In this document: piece after piece, positions 1 to 6,176 of the stretch
Layout: the number at the start of each line of letters is the position of its first letter
Position numbering within the stretch: the first letter of the stretch is position 1
Assembly (NCBI GenBank): GCA_037444665.1
Contig: JBBILZ010000069.1
Coordinates: 1 to 10,388, forward strand
Reading direction: 5' to 3'
Source of the DNA: a candidate division WOR-3 bacterium
GTDB lineage: Bacteria > Hydrothermota > Tepidihabitantia > SM23-42 > JAOAFX01
DNA length: 10,388 nucleotides
Made by a program: the position numbers and the translations under genes
Notes under the pieces: generated by a model
Databases searched by the model: none
The model's input: only the letters and a program-made list of their open reading frames with translations
Told to the model about the DNA's origin: nothing

Positions 1-140
1 TGAAATTCATCTACTTCATTTAGGTAAATAATTAATCCAGCATAAATCATTAGTAAAACGTAAATATTTGTGTTTCCCAAATTACTTTTTATTAAAATTG
101 CATATTATAAAACTGGGGGATGGCAAGCTGCACCTGCCTA

Positions 141-168
141 TTGACTTTTTATTTCTTTTGAATATAAT
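141..168 (+). promoter_or_regulatory. Putative sigma70-type promoter: -35 TTGACT (141-146), 16-bp spacer, -10 TATAAT (163-168)
   Basis: Near-consensus -35 and perfect -10 directly upstream of the first gene. The implied start site (about 174-176) is only a few nt before ATG 178. Confidence 0.7.
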
Positions 169-177
169 TCTGGTTTT

Positions 178-1182
178 ATGAATTTATTTTTGATGACCCC
201 TGAAAATTTTTCTTTATTTATTAAACGATTATCCGCGAAGGTGCAGATATTTTATCCATTTGTTGAGAATGGGAAGAGCCATATTATTGAATATAATCCA
301 GATACCAAACATTCATTTGATTTTACTAAAATCAGAACTGCTGAAAATATCAAACATTTCTTTTTTCCAAGTCGCGATATTGTTGCAAGGTTTACCAGGG
401 AATTAAATATAAGAGCAAAATCACAGGTTATAATCGGGGTCAAAAATTGCGATTTACGGGGCGTGGAAGTCTATGACCGGGTCTTTTTAAACTGGGAGCC
501 GAAGGATGATATATATAAGGAAAGAAGGGAGAATACACTAATTATCTCTGCTGATTGTCCTGAGCCTGAAGACAGTTGCTTTTGTAATCTTCTTGAATTA
601 AAACCTTATGCCACTGGAATTAGCGATGCCAATATATCTATGGTCAGTAATGGATACCTGTTTGAGATATTTACTGAAAAAGGGAAGGAGATATTGAATG
701 AATACAGGGAACTATTCAGCGAACCAAACCAGGAGATAATTAAAGAGAGAGAGATGAATCGGAAAAAAGCGGAGACAAAATTGAGTGAGATAAACAAAAA
801 GGGTCTTGGAGAGCCGATATTTGAACTTATTCCCTATGTAGGCAAAAATGAAATCAGAAATTTTCGTAATGAATGTGTTGAATGTCATTCTTGCTTACAT
901 AGTTGTCCAACCTGTTACTGTTTTCTCTTAAATGATTATAAAAAAGGTGAGGATATAGAGAGGATAAGGACCTGGGATGCCTGTTATTATGCAGCATATG
1001 CCCGGGTTGGTGGTGGTGCCAATCCCCGTAGCCGGATTGATGAAAGGTTCTGGAATAGATTCCAGTGCAAATTTGATTTTTTTTATCAATATGAAAAGAT
1101 TTATGCCTGTTCAGGTTGCGGCAGGTGTTTTTTGGGTTGTTCAGCAAAGATTGATATCAGGGAGATATTGATTAATCTATGA
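178..1182 (+). CDS. 4Fe-4S dicluster protein, AsrA / sulfhydrogenase beta (HydB) family
   Basis: 334 aa. Family motifs GVKNCD, C..(EDS)CFC, CVECHSCLHSCPTCYC, RTWDAC, RFWNRFQCKF and CSGCGRCFLGC. ATGA overlap with the AsrB-like partner. Confidence 0.9.
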   Translation: MNLFLMTPENFSLFIKRLSAKVQIFYPFVENGKSHIIEYNPDTKHSFDFTKIRTAENIKHFFFPSRDIVARFTRELNIRAKSQVIIGVKNCDLRGVEVYDRVFLNWEPKDDIYKERRENTLIISADCPEPEDSCFCNLLELKPYATGISDANISMVSNGYLFEIFTEKGKEILNEYRELFSEPNQEIIKEREMNRKKAETKLSEINKKGLGEPIFELIPYVGKNEIRNFRNECVECHSCLHSCPTCYCFLLNDYKKGEDIERIRTWDACYYAAYARVGGGANPRSRIDERFWNRFQCKFDFFYQYEKIYACSGCGRCFLGCSAKIDIREILINL

Positions 1183-1985
1183 ATCCGTATGAGCCTACTC
1201 TAACAAAGATCAAAAAGATTATTCCAGAAACACCGACCATTACTACATTTGTTCTTGAAGGAATGCCCATAGAATTTCAGGCAGGACAGTTTGCTGAGCT
1301 CACAGTGCCGGGTGTTGGTGAGGCACCTTTTACGCCGTCTTCATCACCGTATGCTAAGGACCTGGAATTTACCATTATGAAGGTTGGACGGGTTACTCAG
1401 GCATTGTTTACACTTAAACAAGGTGATACAGTTGGCGTGCGCGGACCATTTGGCAAACCTTATCCCTTAGCAAATTTTAAGAAAAAGGATGTATTTATTG
1501 TTGGTGGTGGTGTTGGTTTTGCGCCATTACGTTCGCTTTTTCTTGCTTTGGTTGAAAACATAAAGGATTATAAAAAGATTTATATACGATATGGTGCAAG
1601 GACGCCGAAGGATATCGTTTACAAATATCTTTTACCTGATTGGCATAAGATAAAGAATGTAGATATACTTCTTACGGTTGATGTTGGTGATGATGAATGG
1701 AAGGGCAGAGTTGGTGTGGTGACAACGATTCTTGATGAAATACCCGTGGATATTAAGACAACGCCGGCAATTGTATGCGGACCTCCACTAATGATGAAAT
1801 TTACGACGCAGAGGCTTGTTGACGCCGGGTTTAAAGATTCAAATATCTATCTTTCAATGGAAAAGAATATGTCCTGCGGTATTGGTAAATGTAATCACTG
1901 CCGGGTTGGTAAATTTTATGTATGCAAGGATGGACCAGTCCTGACCTGGAAGGATGTTAAGGATATAGAGGACCCCTTCCTATGA
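1179..1985 (+). CDS. FAD/NAD(P)-binding oxidoreductase with C-terminal [2Fe-2S], AsrB / sulfhydrogenase gamma (HydG) / PyrK family
   Basis: 268 aa. FQAGQF, GEAPF, RGPFG, VGGGVGFAPLRS (nucleotide binding), VCGPPLMM and SMEKNMSCGIGKCNHC-x7-CKDGP. Confidence 0.92.
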   Translation: MNPYEPTLTKIKKIIPETPTITTFVLEGMPIEFQAGQFAELTVPGVGEAPFTPSSSPYAKDLEFTIMKVGRVTQALFTLKQGDTVGVRGPFGKPYPLANFKKKDVFIVGGGVGFAPLRSLFLALVENIKDYKKIYIRYGARTPKDIVYKYLLPDWHKIKNVDILLTVDVGDDEWKGRVGVVTTILDEIPVDIKTTPAIVCGPPLMMKFTTQRLVDAGFKDSNIYLSMEKNMSCGIGKCNHCRVGKFYVCKDGPVLTWKDVKDIEDPFL

Positions 1986-3574
1986 ATGAATCAAATCCGA
2001 AATACGAAATAGATTCCAAAAGTCAGATTAGAAAGACTCTCTGCACCTTCTGCGGATTCGGTTGCGAATTAGGAATTATCTCTAATGACTTCGGGCTCAG
2101 TGGTGTGGAGTATTTGCGAGATACACCAAACCAGGGCAGGGTCTGTCCGCGCGGCAGTGCCTCAGTGTTATATTTAAACCATCCCCGTCGCCTCTGTGTG
2201 CCGGTAAGTAAAAATAAATACACTGGCTGGGATTGGGTAAAGGAAGAGTTTAAGAATATGCTGAAGAACCCGAATGAAGTGGCGATAACCGTGGATAGGA
2301 ATATTACCATTGAAGAAGAGTTAGCAATTTTAAATTTCAGCAATAAATATAAAATAAAAAATGTAGTTTCAACCTATTTTGAACCAGAATCATTATTGGA
2401 CCGTTTTATTGATGAAAAAGCTCCAGCTTGCCTTGAAGATATTGAGAGGAGTCAGATGGTGATTGTGCTGGGTGATATTTTCAATTATGCACCAATGATT
2501 TCTAAGAATCTAATTTCCTGGAAGTTCGCCGATAGAAAAAATCGGCTCGTGGTGATTGATTCCCTGCATACGCATACTTCTTACTTTGCTACTGATTTTC
2601 TCAAGACAGAACCAGGAGCCGAGGCTCTCGTCCTGCTCAGCCTTGCTCGGGAAAAATTATCCGGCATAGATTTTCAGAAATTGACGGGTGTTTCGGAAAG
2701 TTCTATCCTGAGTATTGCCGAAGATTTTAAGTCAGCAAAGAATGGTTTGATTATTGCAGCAATGCCATTTAGCCACAGTTATGAGCCACTATTAGTGGTT
2801 GAAGGGCTCCATAGGTTGAGTGAATTTAGTGGCAAAAAAGTAATGCCCATTTTTGAATTTGGTCATTACAGAAGATTGAATCCATTTGGCAGGGTATTAA
2901 ATTTAATAGAAGAGGGTGAGATAAAATATATAATAAATTTTGGAGAACTATTTCCTTTCTATTATCCACAATTTAATAAAAAATTTTCTAACATAAAGAT
3001 TTATTCTACATCAACACTGCGATTTAATAATTATGTTCAGTTGCCTGCTGCCTTAAATATGGAAAAGTCAGGAACGATTCTGACGACATTTGGTAAGAAG
3101 ACATTGGATGGTTCTGTATCAGCAGTGAGTGGTGCGAAAAATATTATTCAATTATTTGATTTACTTGGTGTGGAAACAGGTAGTTCAACATCAGAGTCTG
3201 CTGATGCAAAACGGATTGATATCAAAGATGGATTGAAGAAAATGACAGAAAAGATAAAACAAAATAGAGATGGAAAATTTATGCTTTTTGGAGAAAAAGT
3301 TTCGTATTATTATTTAGGCTTATTGGAAAAACCGATTTTGAAAATTAATCCCCTGGATGCCCAGAAATATGGTATAAAATCAGGGGAGACTGTTTATGTT
3401 GAATCAAAAAATAACAAGGTAAAGATGCCAGTTAAGATAACCAGTGATATTCCGCAGGGCACTTTATTTAGTCAAGCCGAGACACCTGAAGTCTGTGGTC
3501 TTTTTGACTACGAAATTTTTGATGATTATCTCTATTTTAATCCTACTGGAGTAAGGATATGGCAAGAAGAATAG
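1982..3574 (+). CDS. Shortened molybdopterin-oxidoreductase-fold (FdhF/NuoG-C-like) protein with an N-terminal [4Fe-4S] motif; probably non-catalytic
   Basis: 530 aa. CTFCGFGC...CPRG cluster motif, HPRRLCVP, LVVID, LPAALNMEKSGT and a C-terminal dinucleotide-binding-like domain (INPLDAQKYGIKSGETVYVES). ATGA overlap, with GAGGA upstream. Confidence 0.8.
   Translation: MNESNPKYEIDSKSQIRKTLCTFCGFGCELGIISNDFGLSGVEYLRDTPNQGRVCPRGSASVLYLNHPRRLCVPVSKNKYTGWDWVKEEFKNMLKNPNEVAITVDRNITIEEELAILNFSNKYKIKNVVSTYFEPESLLDRFIDEKAPACLEDIERSQMVIVLGDIFNYAPMISKNLISWKFADRKNRLVVIDSLHTHTSYFATDFLKTEPGAEALVLLSLAREKLSGIDFQKLTGVSESSILSIAEDFKSAKNGLIIAAMPFSHSYEPLLVVEGLHRLSEFSGKKVMPIFEFGHYRRLNPFGRVLNLIEEGEIKYIINFGELFPFYYPQFNKKFSNIKIYSTSTLRFNNYVQLPAALNMEKSGTILTTFGKKTLDGSVSAVSGAKNIIQLFDLLGVETGSSTSESADAKRIDIKDGLKKMTEKIKQNRDGKFMLFGEKVSYYYLGLLEKPILKINPLDAQKYGIKSGETVYVESKNNKVKMPVKITSDIPQGTLFSQAETPEVCGLFDYEIFDDYLYFNPTGVRIWQEE
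1993..2013 (+). repeat. Heptamer repeat remnant AAATCCG-AAATACG-AAATAGA inside the 5' end of the CDS
   Basis: 1982-2010 matches 5983-6011 at 25 of 29 nt (manual alignment). Confidence 0.65.
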
Positions 3575-4026
3575 TGCTTGACCTTGACCTGTGCTGTGGC
3601 TGCCGTTCCTGTGAGGCAGCATGTAAGGTTGCATTCAAAGGTGAATCACGGATAAGGCATGCAGATATTGAGAATACAGCATATCTTCCATTAGCCTGTA
3701 AACACTGTAAAGAAGCACTGTGCCTTGCTTCTTGCCCGGTAAATGCAATAACTCGTGATGAAAAGACCGGGCTTGTAACAAGGTCTTCATTTGTATGCAT
3801 TGGTTGCAAAAGTTGTGCCTATGCCTGCCCATTTGGGGTGATTGATGCACCACTTGTGCGCCATATTTCTCAGAAGTGTAGCCTCTGTCAAGATCGTGCA
3901 GAGGGTCCGCGATGTGTTTCTGCCTGTTCCTCAGGTGCACTCCAGTTCCTTGAAGAAGCAGAGATTAAAAAAATGGAAATTGGTGTGCGTATGGTTTCTA
4001 AAGATACTTTTGTGCGGAGACGATAA
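3559..4026 (+). CDS. 4x[4Fe-4S] ferredoxin-like electron-transfer subunit (HycB/HydN/DmsB family)
   Basis: 155 aa. CCGCRSCEAAC, CKHCKEALCLASCP, CIGCKSCAYACP and KCSLC...PRCVSAC. GGAG at 3548-3551. Confidence 0.92.
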   Translation: MARRIVLDLDLCCGCRSCEAACKVAFKGESRIRHADIENTAYLPLACKHCKEALCLASCPVNAITRDEKTGLVTRSSFVCIGCKSCAYACPFGVIDAPLVRHISQKCSLCQDRAEGPRCVSACSSGALQFLEEAEIKKMEIGVRMVSKDTFVRRR

Positions 4027-4946
4027 TGAATGTTATAAGACTTTTGTTCAATTATTTTATTTTTCCTGGTTTTCTGTTCACTGCAATTGTTGGTATGCTT
4101 TTGACTTGGATTGACCGTAAAGTTAGTGCCAGGGTTCAGATGAGGGTAGGGCCTCCCTGGTTTCAACCTTATGCTGATTTTTTCAAATTATTATTAAAAG
4201 AAACAATCGTGCCTGAAGGTGCTTCAAAAATTCTCTTTTTTCTCGGTCCGATACTTGGGTTGGTTGCAATGACAATCTTTTCCGTAATGTTATTCACTAT
4301 GAACTTTTCTTCAGCAAGATCTTTTGCCGGAGATTTGATTGTGATGATCTATCTACTCGCTCTACCACCAATCGGTGTAATAATTGGTGGCTCTGCATCA
4401 AAGAATCCGCTGGCGAGCGTTGGTGCATCCAGAGAGATGACCCAGTACTTTGCATATGAATTGCCATTTTTAATTGCCATCGCCGGTATCGTGCTCAAAG
4501 CAGGAGGCATAATTAAGGTTGGTGAAATTATTGAAGTCCAGAGGTCAGCCGGACCATTCCTGTATTCTATTTCAGGAATAATCTTTGGCGTGGTTATGTT
4601 AATGGCGGTCCAGGCAAAATTGGGATTTGTGCCTTTTGATATTCCTGAAGCAGAGCAGGAGATAATGGCAGGTCCATATATAGAATATTCTGGCGTTGCC
4701 CTGGCAATTTATAAAATTACAAGGGCAATGATGTTGTTCTTGTTACCGATATTTACGATTTCACTTTTGTGGGGTGGTATTGGAGACTGGTGGGCAATTT
4801 TAAAATTTTTATTAATAATTGTGCTCGTGATACTGATAAAAAATACAAACCCGAGATTGCGCATTGACCAGACACTGAAGTTTTTCTGGATTGGTATGGG
4901 AATTTTATCAATTGTTGGACTTGTTTTGGCAATCTATGGATTATAA
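4026..4946 (+). CDS. Membrane anchor subunit, NuoH/MbhM/HycD family
   Basis: 306 aa, hydrophobic. DRKVSARVQMRVGP, QPYADFFKLLLKE, PFDIPEAEQEIMAGPYIEYSG and PRLRIDQ. TAATG overlap. Confidence 0.93.
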   Translation: MNVIRLLFNYFIFPGFLFTAIVGMLLTWIDRKVSARVQMRVGPPWFQPYADFFKLLLKETIVPEGASKILFFLGPILGLVAMTIFSVMLFTMNFSSARSFAGDLIVMIYLLALPPIGVIIGGSASKNPLASVGASREMTQYFAYELPFLIAIAGIVLKAGGIIKVGEIIEVQRSAGPFLYSISGIIFGVVMLMAVQAKLGFVPFDIPEAEQEIMAGPYIEYSGVALAIYKITRAMMLFLLPIFTISLLWGGIGDWWAILKFLLIIVLVILIKNTNPRLRIDQTLKFFWIGMGILSIVGLVLAIYGL

Positions 4947-4951
4947 AAAAG

Positions 4952-4998
4952 AAGAGGCTAAAAAGGGCAAAAAAGGGCTCAAAATGGCTATATGGCTA
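4952..4998 (+). repeat. Degenerate 8-11 nt tandem repeat (A-tract plus GGC(T/A) core) in the intergenic gap
   Basis: AAAAAGGGC at 4960-4968 and 4970-4978; ATGGCTA at 4984-4990 and 4992-4998; GAGGCTA at 4954-4960. Confidence 0.6.
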
Positions 4999-5029
4999 AA
5001 ACAGCATATGAGTAAAAAAGGAGTAAAAC

Positions 5030-5446
5030 ATGGCAAATCTTAAACTCTGGGGTTTAAAAAAGTCTCCCTGGGTATTCCATGTTGCGGCAGCGTCCTGTAA
5101 TAATTGTGATATTGAAATTCTTGATGTTCTGACCCCAAGATGGGATGTGGAGCGTTTTGGGATTGTGCTTGTTGGTTCACCAAGGCATGCAGATGCCCTA
5201 CTGGTGACCGGTGTGTTAAATCGCAAAAGTTTGCCCCGTGTCTTGAGGGTTTATGAACAGACACCCAAACCCTGTTTGGTTATTGGTGTGGGCACCTGCA
5301 CCTGTCATTGCCATATGTTTGAAAAATCTTACAATGTTGTTGGTCCTTATGATAAACATCTGCCCGTAGATGTGTATATTCCGGGTTGCCCACCAAAACC
5401 TGAAGCAATTATTATGGGTGTGGTAAAGGCATTGAAGAGGCTATAA
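5030..5446 (+). CDS. Group 4 [NiFe]-hydrogenase small subunit (NuoB/MbhJ/EchC-like)
   Basis: 138 aa. SCNNCDIE (CxxC, hydrogenase type rather than the NuoB CC), SPRHADALLVTG, GTC and PGCPPKPE. AAGGAG ribosome site at 5018-5023. Confidence 0.93.
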   Translation: MANLKLWGLKKSPWVFHVAAASCNNCDIEILDVLTPRWDVERFGIVLVGSPRHADALLVTGVLNRKSLPRVLRVYEQTPKPCLVIGVGTCTCHCHMFEKSYNVVGPYDKHLPVDVYIPGCPPKPEAIIMGVVKALKRL

Positions 5447-5456
5447 TGGAAAACAT

Positions 5457-5520
5457 AAATTTAAATTCTAATTTCAAAGCACGAAATCCTAAACAATATA
5501 CAAATTTCAATTTTTCAAAC
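5457..5520 (+). repeat. Degenerate A-rich arm of the heptamer element family
   Basis: Contains AAAGCACGAAATCCTAAACAATATACAAATTTCAA (5476-5510). It shares CGAAATCCT/AAACAA with 6013-6057 and matches the reverse complement of 6101-6135 at 27 of 35 nt. Confidence 0.7.
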
Positions 5521-5549
5521 TTGTTTTTTTGCATTGGGTATTAGATAAG

Positions 5550-5990
5550 ATGAATAAGGAATATTCAAAAGAACTCTTAGATAAAATAAAAGAAAGATTT
5601 CCTGAAGTGGAGATAAAGATTCATTCACCAAGGCGCACCTATCTAAGGATTGAACGCAATAAGGTTTATGAGTTTGCCCGTTATCTTTTCCTTGAATTAA
5701 ATATGAGATTATCAATTGCTACGGGTATTGATACGCGCGACGGCATTGAAATATTATACCATTTTTCTCATGACCCTTCAGGAACATACTACAATATAAA
5801 GACTATTGTGCCCAAAGATGATCCCAAAATAAAGAGTCTTGCTGATTTTCTGCCTGCCGCAAACTGGATAGAAAGAGAGATTCATGAATTACTGGGAGTT
5901 AATTTTGAGGGACATCCAAATCTTGTGCCCCTTTTGACTGCTGAAGACTGGCCCGAAGGTGTTTATCCATTGAGGAGAGATTATGAATAA
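5550..5990 (+). CDS. NuoC/MbhK/EchD-like hydrogenase subunit
   Basis: 146 aa from ATG 5550, preferred over TTG 5529, which lies in the repeat-bearing spacer. RLSIATGID, EILYHFS and PAANWIEREIHELLGVNFEGHP. Confidence 0.9.
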   Translation: MNKEYSKELLDKIKERFPEVEIKIHSPRRTYLRIERNKVYEFARYLFLELNMRLSIATGIDTRDGIEILYHFSHDPSGTYYNIKTIVPKDDPKIKSLADFLPAANWIEREIHELLGVNFEGHPNLVPLLTAEDWPEGVYPLRRDYE

Positions 5991-5993
5991 TTC

Positions 5994-6149
5994 AAATTCG
6001 AAATTCGAAATCCGAAATCCTACGCCAAAGGCGAATCTGCCTCAGGCAGAGAAACAAATTCAAAGTCTCAAATTCCAAACAAATCAAAAATGTTTAAATA
6101 TTGGAATTTGGATATTGTTTGGTTCTTGGTGCTTGGGATTTGGGTTTTC
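5994..6149. repeat. Miniature palindromic heptamer-repeat element (A-rich left arm, T-rich right arm) with a nested double hairpin
   Basis: AAATTCG x2, AAATCCG and AAATCCT at 5994-6021. Perfect inverted repeat CAAATTCCAA (6069-6078) / TTGGAATTTG (6101-6110). The right arm is built of TTGG-xxx units. Hairpins CGCC-AAA-GGCG (6023-6033) and TCTGCC-TCA-GGCAGA (6036-6050). Confidence 0.8.
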
Positions 6150-6176
6150 AGACGAACAAGGCGAGGTTATCTTTTT

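Noticed and set aside
1..50. Possible divergent minus-strand gene start (MIYAGLIIYLNEVDEF...) with a minus-strand TATAAT at 104-109
   Set aside because: Only 16 codons are visible, there is no clear SD, and the TTGCCA candidate is only 11 nt from the -10. It cannot be supported from this window.
178..1985. Anaerobic sulfite reductase (asrABC)
   Set aside because: No siroheme AsrC gene follows. The pair is coupled to hydrogenase genes instead.
1982..3574. Selenocysteine formate dehydrogenase or pseudogene
   Set aside because: The frame is uninterrupted, with no in-frame TGA or frameshift, and both ends overlap neighbouring genes.
5529..5549. TTG start for the NuoC-like gene
   Set aside because: It lies in the T-tract of the spacer with no SD. 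ATG 5550 is more plausible.
5994..6149. CRISPR array or intrinsic terminator
   Set aside because: The units are 7 nt without unique spacers. The GC hairpins are short, lack a following U-tract on the + strand and sit mid-operon.
6090..6176. ORF-track N-terminal hydrophobic extension of the large subunit, resembling a membrane anchor or signal (with RR)
   Set aside because: It is translated from the T-rich repeat arm. Family similarity starts at MRRIVPIGPYHP (6177), which has its own GAGG site.
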